Below are positions 16,415-25,983 of a stretch of 64,000 bases of DNA, piece by piece. The position numbers and the translations under genes were made by a program. Source of the stretch: Spirochaetales bacterium (lineage in GTDB: Bacteria; Spirochaetota; Spirochaetia; DSM-27196; SLST01); assembly GCA_046538735.1 (NCBI GenBank), contig JBKHII010000001.1, positions 20,305 through 84,304 of the forward strand, given 5' to 3'. Under the pieces are notes generated by a model. It had not been told where the DNA came from, ran no database searches, and was given only the letters and a program-made list of their open reading frames with translations. How positions within the stretch are numbered: the stretch's first letter is position 1; each line of letters begins with the position of its first letter.

Positions 16415-18082
16415 CTACTGGTAGATCGTCACCTCGTACGCTCCGGTCGCCCCGGCGCCGTAGCTCGTGACAACCAGCTCGAGCGTCTGCCCGCGATCCG
16501 GAGTGAACGAGATCTGCGGGTTCCCGCTGCCGCCGCTGTCGTCGTCGCGGTAGAGGATCGTCCCGTTCTGCTCCCGTACGATCGCGTAGCCGTCGAAGTA
16601 GTCGGAGACGACGTCCACCGTCACCATCCGTCCCGGTTCGACCGTGAACTCGTGGACATCGTAGTACTTGCCGCTGATGTCCGTCTGATCGTCCATCGCC
16701 AGTGCGCCCGTGGCGTTGAACACGAGATCGGCCGTTCCCTGCCGGTTGAACGAGAGCGTGTACTCGCCGAACGAGCCTCCGCCCACGTCGGAAGCGTAGA
16801 GCTCGTACGTTCCCGACTCATCGGCGACAAGAATGAGTCTCGAGTCGAGCGATCCGGCGGAGTCGTCGTCCGTGTACTCCGCACCGCTCGGGGAGATCGC
16901 CGTGAGATAGCTGTCGAAGTCCTCGGAACGCAGAACGATCTCGACGCGCTCGCCGCGCTCCGCGGTGAAGGTGAAGCGCTGCCGTTGCGTGCCGTTCCAG
17001 ACGGGCAGATCCGGGGCGAGGTAACCGGAGACGCTCTCGCCGTCCGAAAGCCGGTAGCCGTCCGAGATCTCGGGTCCGTCGTGCTCGTAAGGCCGCGCCT
17101 CGAGCGTGAAGGGACCGCCACCGGATCCCCACGCGGACACGGTGATCGTCGCCTGGCCGCTGGAGGACATCTCGTAGTAGACGCGAGAAAGGGAGGTACT
17201 TCCGGCGTCGTCGTTGTAGAGGTAGGTGCCGTCCGAGTCGTTGACCTCGAGATAGGTGTCGAAGCTGTTCGAGCGAAGCTCGATGCTGAGCGTCTGACCG
17301 GGAGTACCCGTGAGGCGGTAGACGATCTGATCGCCGTCCAGTTGGTCTCTGATCGTCCGGCCGACGGAGAGATCGCGGGTCTCCAGCACGGAGGCTTCGA
17401 CGGTGTACGAACCGGTCGAGCCCCATCCGAAGCTCGAAGCCCCGATTCGAGCGACGCCGCCACCGGGAACGCTGAAGGAGAGGGCGGAGTCGGTGCCGTT
17501 CGCGTCGTCGTTGCGAAGGAGCTCACCGTTTGGAAGCTCAACGTAGAGATACGTATCGAAGTCGTCCGAGCTCAGACGCACGGTCACCTGGACGTCCTCA
17601 GGGACATCGAGATCGTACCAGTCCACGTACGAGTCGTCGTCGTATCGCTCGTCGTCGGACGAGAGCTCGCCCTGGACGAAGCCGCCGATCGTGAGGCCGC
17701 TACCTGCTTCGCCGAGTGACGCCGCGACGAGGAACTCCGCGTGCTCGGGCCGCGGTGTGGGCAGACGACCGGAGACGGTGACGATGACGAGATCGTCTGC
17801 CTCAACGGAGGTCCGGACGAGAACGGCGTTCTCCGTACCGCGATCATCGGCCTCAATGCGTCCGTCAACGGACACGGTCAAGAGCGGAGCGAAATCGGGT
17901 GAGACGGCGCGCACATCGAGCCGACCGTCGGCATGTGCCCTGAACGTATACTCGGCCTCGCCGGACCCGGAGAGGAGCGAACCCTGCTCGTGGAGCACGA
18001 CCTCGGTAGCCGGACCGTACTGAGACCACGCGGCGAGCGCCAACACGGACAGAAGAAGGAGTGACAGTACCATACGTTTCAT
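16415..18082 (-). CDS. Secreted protein built only from five PPC-like (pre-peptidase C-terminal-type) beta-sandwich modules
   Basis: The signal peptide MKRMVLSLLLLSVLALAAWS is followed by about 105-aa modules. Four of the modules carry S-x-x-FD-[TSG]-Y...[ND]DD...G.Y signatures. Confidence 0.75.
   Translation of the reverse strand: MKRMVLSLLLLSVLALAAWSQYGPATEVVLHEQGSLLSGSGEAEYTFRAHADGRLDVRAVSPDFAPLLTVSVDGRIEADDRGTENAVLVRTSVEADDLVIVTVSGRLPTPRPEHAEFLVAASLGEAGSGLTIGGFVQGELSSDDERYDDDSYVDWYDLDVPEDVQVTVRLSSDDFDTYLYVELPNGELLRNDDANGTDSALSFSVPGGGVARIGASSFGWGSTGSYTVEASVLETRDLSVGRTIRDQLDGDQIVYRLTGTPGQTLSIELRSNSFDTYLEVNDSDGTYLYNDDAGSTSLSRVYYEMSSSGQATITVSAWGSGGGPFTLEARPYEHDGPEISDGYRLSDGESVSGYLAPDLPVWNGTQRQRFTFTAERGERVEIVLRSEDFDSYLTAISPSGAEYTDDDSAGSLDSRLILVADESGTYELYASDVGGGSFGEYTLSFNRQGTADLVFNATGALAMDDQTDISGKYYDVHEFTVEPGRMVTVDVVSDYFDGYAIVREQNGTILYRDDDSGGSGNPQISFTPDRGQTLELVVTSYGAGATGAYEVTIYQ
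16418..17710 (-). repeat. Four clear tandem protein-level repeats (about 105 aa each) inside the PPC-module gene; a fifth, more divergent copy lies N-terminal
   Basis: SSDDFDTYLYVELPNGELLRNDDANG / RSNSFDTYLEVNDSDGTYLYNDDAGS / RSEDFDSYLTAISPSGAEYTDDDSAG / VSDYFDGYAIVREQNGTILYRDDDSGG. Each is followed by a G-x-Y/F-T-[VL] closing strand. Confidence 0.7.
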
Positions 18083-18167
18083 GCCCCGAAGTGTACAGCG
18101 CGCCGGATGGCTTGCCTACACGAAAACCCCGTAGCCACGGCATTTCCGCATCGGTACCTTGTATGCC

Positions 18168-19100
18168 ATGTCGGAAACGGTGATCGGCGTAGAGCATCTC
18201 TACAAGAGCTACGGCGAAGTGAAGGCGGTGAAGGACCTGAGCTTCGAGGTGACCGCGCGGAAGTGCCACGCGTTTCTCGGGCCGAACGGCGCCGGGAAGA
18301 CGACGGCGATGAAGATCCTCTACGGAAAGGCGAGACCCGATCGCCACGATGCGACGAGGATCAGCGTCTTCGGGTTCGACCCGCGTCACGAAGAGCTCAA
18401 GATCAAGACGATGAGCGGCGTAGTCCCGCAGGATGACAACCTGGACGTGGAGCTCAACGTCTATCAGAACCTGCGGATCTTCAGCCGGTTCTACAACATG
18501 AGCAAGGCGGAGGCGGAACGGCGAATCGACTACCTCCTCGACTTCATGGAGCTGCGCGAGAAGCGGAAGAGCCGCGTGCGCGAGCTCTCCGGGGGAATGA
18601 AACGTCGGCTCATCATCGCCCGCGCGCTCCTCAACTCCCCCACTCTGTTGATTATGGACGAGCCGACGACGGGGCTCGACCCGCAGGTCCGGCAGCTCAT
18701 CTGGGACAAGCTCCGCGATCTGATGATCGAAGGCGTGACGATCCTCCTCTCCACGCACTACATGGAGGAGGCGTACCAGATCTCGGACGTGCTCATGATC
18801 ATGGACAAGGGTGAGAAGATCATCGAGGGATCGCCGCACGATCTGCTCGAAAGCGAGGTGGAGCCGCACGTCCTCGAGCTCACCGACGTCGACCATCTCG
18901 ATCGGTTCGTCTCGCAGCTCAACGGCGCGGAGGTTCGGCGCGAAGACGCGAGCCGGAGGGTCGTCTTCTACAGCCGCGACGGAGAGCGACTCGAGCGAGC
19001 CGCGGACCAGATTCCGCGCAGAGCGTACATGATGCGCAACGCCAATCTGGAGGACCTCTTCCTGCGTGTGACCGGGAGGCACCTCAATGAGCACCAGTAG
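18168..19100 (+). CDS. ABC-2-type exporter ATP-binding protein (DrrA/NodI-like)
   Basis: Motifs: Walker A GPNGAGKTT, signature LSGGMKRR, Walker B LLIMDEPTTGLD. The ATG at 18168 is preferred over the TTG at 18159 used by the track. Confidence 0.9.
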   Translation: MSETVIGVEHLYKSYGEVKAVKDLSFEVTARKCHAFLGPNGAGKTTAMKILYGKARPDRHDATRISVFGFDPRHEELKIKTMSGVVPQDDNLDVELNVYQNLRIFSRFYNMSKAEAERRIDYLLDFMELREKRKSRVRELSGGMKRRLIIARALLNSPTLLIMDEPTTGLDPQVRQLIWDKLRDLMIEGVTILLSTHYMEEAYQISDVLMIMDKGEKIIEGSPHDLLESEVEPHVLELTDVDHLDRFVSQLNGAEVRREDASRRVVFYSRDGERLERAADQIPRRAYMMRNANLEDLFLRVTGRHLNEHQ

Positions 19101-19941
19101 CAGCGCATCCGCGTCGATCGATCGGGGTTCCACGGCGGTCGCGCCTCCGGACTCGCCGGCGGTGAGGAACGTCCACGAGCCGCCGCTGTGGGCGCGAATC
19201 GTCTCGGTCTGGTTCCGTCACGTCCGCGTCTATTCGCGGAACCTGATCAGCAATGCGCTCCCGCCGTTCCTGGAACCGCTCATCTTCCTCGTGGGCATCG
19301 GAATCGGCCTGGGGCGTTACATCGACCAGATGAACGGGTTCCCCTACCTGGAGTACCTCGGTTCGGGCCTGCTCGTTACCGCCGCGATGTTCACCGCCGC
19401 ATTCGAGTGCACCTTCGGCACCTACATCCGCATGGAGTTCGACAAGGTGTACGACGGAATGCTCGCGGCGCCGCTGACGGCGAAGGACGTCCTCGTGGGC
19501 GAGATACTCTGGGCCGCGACGAAGGGGTTCGCCTTCACGCTCTCGGTCCTCGTGATCATCTCGGTCTTCGGCGTGATCCCGATCGGGTGGAGCCTGGCGG
19601 CACCCTTCGTCGGGTTTCTGACCGGCGCCATGTTCGCCGTGCTCGGCCTCGTGATCACGAGCTTCGTGGACTCGATCAACCACTTCAACTTCTTCTTCTC
19701 GGGCGTGATCTCGCCGATGTTCTTCTTCTCGGGCGTCTTCTTCCCGATCGAAAACCTGCCGGTCGTCGTGAGACCGATCTCGGAGGTACTGCCGCTCACG
19801 CATGCGGTTCGCCTCGTGCGTTCGCTCGCGCTCGGTACGCCGAACCCCGTCTGGTGGCTCGACCTGCTCTACGTCTTTGCGTTCATCGGAATCGTGGGCT
19901 GGTTCGCGATCAGAAGACTCGAGAAGAAGCTGATCGACTGA
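19087..19941 (+). CDS. ABC-2-type transporter permease (NodJ/DrrB-like)
   Basis: Six hydrophobic spans. It overlaps the ATPase gene by 14 nt. ABC-2 family-like segments are present (FECTFGTYIRMEFDKVYDGMLAAPL). Confidence 0.85.
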   Translation: MSTSSSASASIDRGSTAVAPPDSPAVRNVHEPPLWARIVSVWFRHVRVYSRNLISNALPPFLEPLIFLVGIGIGLGRYIDQMNGFPYLEYLGSGLLVTAAMFTAAFECTFGTYIRMEFDKVYDGMLAAPLTAKDVLVGEILWAATKGFAFTLSVLVIISVFGVIPIGWSLAAPFVGFLTGAMFAVLGLVITSFVDSINHFNFFFSGVISPMFFFSGVFFPIENLPVVVRPISEVLPLTHAVRLVRSLALGTPNPVWWLDLLYVFAFIGIVGWFAIRRLEKKLID

Positions 19942-19951
19942 GCCGTCCCGC

Positions 19952-20323
19952 CTACTCGATGCGCAGGCTGTCGTCGCTCTCCGCGATCCGGAGCGCCGCC
20001 TCGGCCGCCCACGAGCGGGCATCCGACCGATACCGGCGCTTCACGGTCGCGCGCAGCGTGGTGATCGAACCGCTCTGAAGCGGATAGCTCTGGAACCAGC
20101 TGGGGCTATCCGCGGTGATCACGATGCGCACCGCGCCGAGCCGCCCCGTGCACTCCACGCTGCGAAGCCGGCCGTAGGGGATCGTGATCGACTCGAGGTC
20201 GCCCTTCGGCGCTTCGAAGATGTCGAACACGCGCCACTCGATCGATACGCCGTCCTGCTCGAGCCGAAGGACACCGTGAACCGTGTTCACGCCCAGGTCG
20301 ACCTGGTAGGGAAGCGAGTACAT
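19952..20323 (-). CDS. Hypothetical small protein (123 aa)
   Basis: The ORF lies 45 nt downstream of parC on the same strand. Amino-acid composition is normal. I recognise no motif. Confidence 0.45.
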   Translation of the reverse strand: MYSLPYQVDLGVNTVHGVLRLEQDGVSIEWRVFDIFEAPKGDLESITIPYGRLRSVECTGRLGAVRIVITADSPSWFQSYPLQSGSITTLRATVKRRYRSDARSWAAEAALRIAESDDSLRIE

Positions 20324-20368
20324 GCGGGGAGTATAGCATCACCGCGAAAGCAGCGACACCGGCGCGCG

Positions 20369-22285
20369 CTACCCGCGCCGCGCCACGAACCGGGCACTCG
20401 TCGCTTCACGGGTGGCGAGCCGGACGCCTTGCGCCTTCACGCCCTTGATGAGGTAGTCGTCCACCTCGAAGTCCTGCTCGAGGACGCGAACGTTCTTCTT
20501 GTTCTTGTACTTCACGTTCGCGACGACGCCGTCGCGGGTAGTGAGCGCAAGAACCTGCGCATTCTCCGGGACGATCTCGTAGCCCTTGTCCAGGATGAAC
20601 TGCTCGATCTTCGTCCGCTTCAGGTACGGATAGCTGGTCTCCTTGTCCCTGTAGACGATAGTGAAGACCGTTTCGGCGAGGACTTCCTTGTCCGCGAGGC
20701 CGCACGAAAGCATCCCCTTGCCCACGAAGAGCTTCTCGGGAACGTTCCTGACCGAATACGCGCCGCTCGCCCGTACAACCAGGACGCGGTCGTACGGCGA
20801 TACCTTGAACAGCTCCTTCCCGGAGCTCACCTCGTATCCGAGGTAACCGGTCTTTCCGTCGTAGCGCAGCGAGAGGTTCCGCGCTGCCGCCTCACGGACG
20901 TCCACCTTGTCAAAGCTGCCGATCGTGGTGCGGCGCGGGTAGTCGCTCCGGTAGTCGTTCACCACGTCACCCATGTAGTCGATCGCGTACTGCGTGATGT
21001 TCGTAAGGTGGTGCTTGATCTCCTCGAGCCGTTCCCGAATCTCGCGGATCTCCTTCTTTGCCTTCTCGATGTCGTACCGCGAGATGCGCCGGATGGGAAT
21101 CTTGAGCAGACGCTCTACGTCCTCCGGCGTAACCCTGCGACGGATCTCGTTCTTGTACGGTTCGAAACTCTCGATCACCGTGTTCTCGACCGCCTCCGCG
21201 GTCCTCTCCTCTTCGATCCGTTTGTAGAGCCGCTCCTCCACGAAGATGCGTTCGAGGGTGCGCGCGTGGAGCCGGTCGAGGAGCTGTCCGCGCTCGAGCT
21301 CGAGCTCCTGCGTAAGAATCGCGACGAGTCGTCTTGCGTGGTACTGGATCACCTCGGTGATCGTCATCGGCGTGGGCTTCCCGTCCTTGATAAGAAGGAG
21401 GTTCACGCTGATCGAGTTCTCGCACTCGGTGAAGGCGTAGAGCGAGTCCACGACCTCCTGCGTGTAGACCCCGCGCGCGAGCTTGATTTCGATCTCCACG
21501 TTCTCGGCGGTGAAATCGCTGATGGACGCGATCTTCACTTTGTTCTTCCGCGCTGCCGCCTCTACGCTGTTGATGAGGCTCTCGGTGGTGGAACCGAAGG
21601 GGAGCTCGCGGATCACGATTCGCTTCTCGTCCCTCGTATCGAGCTTCGCGCGAACGAGCACCTTTCCCTGACCGTCCGCGTAGTCGGAGACGTCCACGAA
21701 GCCGCCGCCCGGGAAATCGGGGAAGAGCTCGAACGGCTCGCCGCGCAGCGCCTTCTGCACCGCCTCGCACACCTCGATGAAGTTGTGCGGAAGGATCTTC
21801 GTGGACATGCCCACGGCGATCCCCTCGGCTCCGAGTACGAGCGCAACGGGGAACTTCGCCGGGAAGACGACCGGTTCCTTCCGCCGTCCGTCGTAGGAGG
21901 GCTCGAAGTCGGTGATATCCGGTTTGTGAAGCAGACGCTTCGCGAGCGGCGTCGCGCGGCACTCGATGTATCGCGCGGCGCTCGCCTCGTCGCCGGTGAG
22001 GATATTCCCGAAGTTCCCCTGCTTGTCGATGAAGAGCTCTTTGTTCGCGAGCACGACGAGCGCCGAGCCGATCGAGGCGTCTCCATGCGGGTGGTACTGC
22101 ATGCAGTGGCCGACCACGTTCGCAACCTTGTGGTACTTGCCGTCGTCCATCTCGAGGAGACTGTGGAGGATCCGGCGCTGGACGGGTTTGAGCCCGTCGT
22201 CCAGGTGCGGAATCGCCCGGTCCTTGATGACGTAGCTCGCGTACTCGAGGAAGTTCTTGTTGAAGAGCGTGTTTACGTAGGCCAT
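20369..22285 (-). CDS. parC: Type IIA topoisomerase subunit A, short form (topoisomerase IV ParC-like)
   Basis: Motifs RAIPHLDDGLKPVQRRILH, YHPHGDASI and RYIECR (catalytic Tyr region). At 638 aa it has a truncated C-terminal domain. It immediately follows parE (stop and start are adjacent). Confidence 0.85.
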   Translation of the reverse strand: MAYVNTLFNKNFLEYASYVIKDRAIPHLDDGLKPVQRRILHSLLEMDDGKYHKVANVVGHCMQYHPHGDASIGSALVVLANKELFIDKQGNFGNILTGDEASAARYIECRATPLAKRLLHKPDITDFEPSYDGRRKEPVVFPAKFPVALVLGAEGIAVGMSTKILPHNFIEVCEAVQKALRGEPFELFPDFPGGGFVDVSDYADGQGKVLVRAKLDTRDEKRIVIRELPFGSTTESLINSVEAAARKNKVKIASISDFTAENVEIEIKLARGVYTQEVVDSLYAFTECENSISVNLLLIKDGKPTPMTITEVIQYHARRLVAILTQELELERGQLLDRLHARTLERIFVEERLYKRIEEERTAEAVENTVIESFEPYKNEIRRRVTPEDVERLLKIPIRRISRYDIEKAKKEIREIRERLEEIKHHLTNITQYAIDYMGDVVNDYRSDYPRRTTIGSFDKVDVREAAARNLSLRYDGKTGYLGYEVSSGKELFKVSPYDRVLVVRASGAYSVRNVPEKLFVGKGMLSCGLADKEVLAETVFTIVYRDKETSYPYLKRTKIEQFILDKGYEIVPENAQVLALTTRDGVVANVKYKNKKNVRVLEQDFEVDDYLIKGVKAQGVRLATREATSARFVARRG

Positions 22286-24148
22286 CTAGATGAGGTTCTC
22301 CATGATGAACTCGCGCCGCTCGGGCGTGTTCTTGCCCATGTAGAACTCGAGGGTCTCCTGAATGCTCTTGATGTTCTTGAGGTTGACCGGCACGAGCCTG
22401 ATGTCCGGGCCGATGAACTGGCCGAACTCCTTCGGCGATATCTCGCCGAGCCCCTTGAAGCGCGTCACCTCGGGTCCTGCGAGCGCGGCCATCGCCTCGT
22501 CGCGCTCCTTCACGCTGTAGCAGTAGCGCGTCTCGCGCTTGTTGCGCACGCGGAAGAGCGGCGTCTCGAGGATGTAGAGGCGACCGGCCACGACGAGCTC
22601 CTCGAAGTAGTTGAGGAAGAAGGTAAGGAGCAGGTTGCGGATGTGGAATCCGTCGTGGTCGGCGTCGGTCGCGATCACGATGCGATCGTAGCGCAGATCG
22701 TCCACGTCGTTCTCGATCCCCAGCGCCATCATCATGTTGTAGAGCTCTTCGTTCTTGTAGAGGTCCGCCCGCTTCCGCGCGAAGACGTTCTGCGGCTTCC
22801 CGCGGAGGCTGAAAATCGCCTGCAGATAGACGTCGCGACAGCTGACCATACTCCCCGACGCGCTCGCGCCTTCGGTGATGAACATCGTGGACTCTCGCCC
22901 CTTTGCTCCGTCCTGCAAATGGTACTTGCAGTCCTTCAGGTTCGGGATCTTGAGCGCGATCTTCTTCGCCGCCTCGCGCGCCTCCTTCTTGACCGCGTTC
23001 AGCTCCTTGCGGAGCCGCTCGTTCGAGAGGATCTTGTCCAGAAGCGCCTTGTTCGCCTTCGCGTTCTTGTGGAGGAAGTCGACGACCGCACTCTTGGTCT
23101 CGTTGACGATCCAGCTTCGGATCTCGGTATTGCCGAGCTTGTTCTTCGTCTGGCTCTCGAACACCGGACTCATGATCCGAATCGCGATCGCACCGGCGAC
23201 GCCCTCGCGCACGTCAACGCCTGAGAAGTTCTTCTTGTAGAACTCGTTCACGCCCTTGAGGAGCCCTTCCCGGAAGGCGCTCTGGTGCGTGCCGCCGTCC
23301 GACGTGTACTGGCCGTTGACGAAGCTGAAGTAGGTCTCACCGTAGCTCTGCGTGTGCGTGAAGGCGAACTCTACGTGGTCGCCCTTGGCGTAACCGATCT
23401 GGTACGCCGTCTCGTCTCCGACCTCGCTGTACAGGAGGTCGAGGAGCCCGTTCTTGCTTTCGAACTTCTGTTTGCCCAGGTAGAGCGAGAGCCCGCTGTT
23501 GAGGTAGGCGTAGTTCCAGAGCCGCTGCTCAACGAACTCGAGATTGAACTCGTACTCGCCGAAGATTTCCTCGTCCGGCTCGAACTCGATGTAGGTACCG
23601 TTCTTCTCCGTGGTCTTGCCCTTCTTCTCCTTGACGAGCCGGCCGCGCTCAAAGTACGCCTCCGCGTACTTGCCGTCGCGCATCGCGACCACGCGGAACT
23701 CCTTGCTGAGCGCGTTGACCGCTTTCGTGCCCACGCCGTTCAGACCCACGGAGAACTGGAAGACCTCGTCGTTGTACTTCGCTCCGGTGTTGATGACACT
23801 CACACACTCGACGACCTTGCCGAGCGGAATACCGCGACCGTAGTCGCGCACCTTCACACGGTGCCCCTTGATATCCACCTTGACGGTGGAGCCGGCGCCC
23901 ATGATGTACTCGTCCACGGCGTTGTCGATCACTTCCTTGAGGAGGACGTAGATACCGTCGTCCAGGTTCGAGCCGTCGCCGAGCCGTCCGATGTACATTC
24001 CGGTTCGCAGACGGATGTGCTCGAGCGAGGAGAGCGTTTTGATCTTGCTTTCGTCGTAGACGTGCGACCCGTTCGCGCCGTTCGCGACGCGTTTCTTACC
24101 GGACGTAGGTTTGCCGCGTTTCTCCGCGGCGGTTGTTCCCCTTCCCAT
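22286..24148 (-). CDS. parE: Type IIA topoisomerase subunit B (topoisomerase IV ParE-like)
   Basis: GHKL ATPase and Toprim motifs are present: LEHIRLRTGMYIG, VIDNAVDE, GLNGVG, LFITEGASASG, IATDADHDGFHI. It has a basic N-terminal tail (GRGTTAAEKRGKPTSGKKR). Confidence 0.85.
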   Translation of the reverse strand: MGRGTTAAEKRGKPTSGKKRVANGANGSHVYDESKIKTLSSLEHIRLRTGMYIGRLGDGSNLDDGIYVLLKEVIDNAVDEYIMGAGSTVKVDIKGHRVKVRDYGRGIPLGKVVECVSVINTGAKYNDEVFQFSVGLNGVGTKAVNALSKEFRVVAMRDGKYAEAYFERGRLVKEKKGKTTEKNGTYIEFEPDEEIFGEYEFNLEFVEQRLWNYAYLNSGLSLYLGKQKFESKNGLLDLLYSEVGDETAYQIGYAKGDHVEFAFTHTQSYGETYFSFVNGQYTSDGGTHQSAFREGLLKGVNEFYKKNFSGVDVREGVAGAIAIRIMSPVFESQTKNKLGNTEIRSWIVNETKSAVVDFLHKNAKANKALLDKILSNERLRKELNAVKKEAREAAKKIALKIPNLKDCKYHLQDGAKGRESTMFITEGASASGSMVSCRDVYLQAIFSLRGKPQNVFARKRADLYKNEELYNMMMALGIENDVDDLRYDRIVIATDADHDGFHIRNLLLTFFLNYFEELVVAGRLYILETPLFRVRNKRETRYCYSVKERDEAMAALAGPEVTRFKGLGEISPKEFGQFIGPDIRLVPVNLKNIKSIQETLEFYMGKNTPERREFIMENLI

Positions 24149-24213
24149 ACAACCTCACGGTTACGGCGTGCAAGGAGCATGCCTTTTGCCGAAGGGTACC
24201 ACACACCGTGGGC

Positions 24214-24242
24214 TTGATCAAATCGGTGAGGTGGCGGAGAAT
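24214..24242 (+). promoter_or_regulatory. Candidate sigma70-type promoter giving a leaderless or near-leaderless mRNA for the coiled-coil lipoprotein
   Basis: TTGATC, a 17-nt spacer, then GAGAAT. The -10 ends 6 nt before ATG 24249. No Shine-Dalgarno sequence lies in between. Confidence 0.25.
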
Positions 24243-24248
24243 CAGCCT

Positions 24249-25259
24249 ATGTCGGTACTTCCGCGTTGGGCCCGCGTCGTGCTCATCTGCGCCTTGCTCA
24301 TCGTGCTCGCCGCGCTGACCGGCTGTCGCACCGTGCCGCTCGAACAACACGAGGCCGCGCTGGACGAGATCGAGCGCCTCTCGAGCGATCTCGCCGCGGC
24401 CGGCGCCGAGATCGACGCGCGAGAACAGCGCATCGCCGACCTCGAGACGGAGGCGGAGGCGCTGCGGGAGGAGCTTCGCCGGGCCCGCGACGAGTCGGAT
24501 CGGCTGCAGAGCGACCTGGACGTCGCGCTCAACCGGCTCGGCGAGCTCCGGGAGGAGCGGCTCGATCTTCAGCAGGAGATAACCGCGATCGAGCAGCAGG
24601 TCGAGGAGCTCAGGAGCGCGGCGATCGCAGCTCAGCGTGCCGCGGAGGCGGTCGAGGCTGCGGAGGCGGCCGCGCGGGACGGCGGGATCGATCCGCCGGA
24701 CGCGATGGCGGCGGCGCTGCGCGGAGGAGGCGGGTTCTCGCGGATCCGCGATCTTGGATTCCAGAACGACCCTCGCGCGGCGGCGCGCCTCTCGGCCGCG
24801 GCGCCCGGAATCGGAGTCGACGTGTCGATCGGCGTCCCGATTCTCTACGACTCGCGACTCGACTACGAGAAGACGGCCGTGTACCTCTCAATCGTGGACC
24901 CCGAGGGTCGCCGACCGCGGCTCCGGCTCACCGCACAGTACAGCACTGAAGTGGAACCGCTCTACCTCCGTACGGCGTTCATCACGATCGAGGGGGGAGA
25001 CCCGGTCGATCCGATCGATCCGATCGTCCTCTCCGGCGAACCGGTTCGCCAGACCGACGGGGAACTGCTGCGCGAAGCGCTGGAAATGAACGCGGAAGGT
25101 GAGCTCGTGGATCGACTCAGCACGATGATCAGCTCGCGTCGGTTCCAGGTGACCTTCGTGGGACTGAGCGAGCAGCACACGCACCGACCATCCGTCTCCG
25201 AACGCTCGGCGATGTCCAACATGCTCTTTGCCTTCATCGACCTCGGAGGAGTCGAGTAG
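24249..25259 (+). CDS. Lipoprotein with a long coiled-coil segment, unknown function
   Basis: MSVLPRWARVVLICALLIVLAALTGC carries a lipobox. It is followed by about 150 aa of heptad-like E/R/L/A-rich sequence and then a globular C-terminal domain. Confidence 0.65.
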   Translation: MSVLPRWARVVLICALLIVLAALTGCRTVPLEQHEAALDEIERLSSDLAAAGAEIDAREQRIADLETEAEALREELRRARDESDRLQSDLDVALNRLGELREERLDLQQEITAIEQQVEELRSAAIAAQRAAEAVEAAEAAARDGGIDPPDAMAAALRGGGGFSRIRDLGFQNDPRAAARLSAAAPGIGVDVSIGVPILYDSRLDYEKTAVYLSIVDPEGRRPRLRLTAQYSTEVEPLYLRTAFITIEGGDPVDPIDPIVLSGEPVRQTDGELLREALEMNAEGELVDRLSTMISSRRFQVTFVGLSEQHTHRPSVSERSAMSNMLFAFIDLGGVE

Positions 25260-25932
25260 CCGAGAGAATCTGCACCTCCCCCGGCGCATCCCGCAGCCAA
25301 TGCACGAGCTCCTCGCTCGTGCGCGGCGCCTCCGGCAAGCCGATACCTGCTCGTCCCACGTCTTCGCGACGGTGCGCGTCCGACCCCGCAACGCGGTGCA
25401 GGTCGTGCTCCTCCGCAAACGCCGCCGCGAGATCGTTGTTCGACTCGTGGCGCGGGCATGCGTTGAGCACCTCGACCCCGTCCACGAGCGACGGATCGAC
25501 CGGCGTCGTGTAGCGATACGGATGCGCCTGGAAGACCAGGCCGTCGACGGAGTTGGCGAGCCGCTTGAAGGTCTGAAGGTCGAGATCCACGATATCGGGG
25601 AAGTCGCAGAGAAGCTCCTCGCCGATCCCGTAGACGAGGAAGTCGCGGCCCGGCTGTGTGGAAAGCGTCAGCTCGAAACCGGGAAGCACAACGAGATCGG
25701 TGCCACCCGCAGCCTCGTTCGCCATCCGATACCCCTCAAAGAACCGTCGCACCCGATCCCCCCACGACCGAACACCGCGAAACGCCGGAAGCGTCGCCAC
25801 GAGGTGATCCGTGACGACGAGCGCGGAATAGCCGGCGTCCTCGTACAACGCGACGAGCTCCGGCGGCGCGAGCCGGCTGCACGGGCTGATCGTTCGGGTG
25901 TGGGCGTGAGTTTCGATGCGATGGACCGGCAT
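25234..25932 (-). CDS. PHP-domain metal-dependent phosphoesterase
   Basis: Motifs IETHAHTRTISPCS, VVTDH, FQAHPYR and GSDAH. The 3' end overlaps the convergent lipoprotein gene by 26 nt. Confidence 0.75.
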   Translation of the reverse strand: MPVHRIETHAHTRTISPCSRLAPPELVALYEDAGYSALVVTDHLVATLPAFRGVRSWGDRVRRFFEGYRMANEAAGGTDLVVLPGFELTLSTQPGRDFLVYGIGEELLCDFPDIVDLDLQTFKRLANSVDGLVFQAHPYRYTTPVDPSLVDGVEVLNACPRHESNNDLAAAFAEEHDLHRVAGSDAHRREDVGRAGIGLPEAPRTSEELVHWLRDAPGEVQILSATRLLRGR

Positions 25933-25983
25933 GGATGGAGCCTACCCCGAAAACCGGCCCTTCGAACAGCCTGACCCGAATGA

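Noticed and set aside
16214-17719. 501-aa plus-strand ORF
   Set aside because: It lies antisense to the PPC-module gene. The minus-strand product has a signal peptide and a coherent repeat structure. The plus-strand translation is R/V/A-rich without features.
20276-23224. 982-aa ORF on the plus strand
   Set aside because: It lies antisense to parC and parE, whose identities are certain. It has no recognisable domain and an L/R/V/D-rich composition. It is a shadow ORF.
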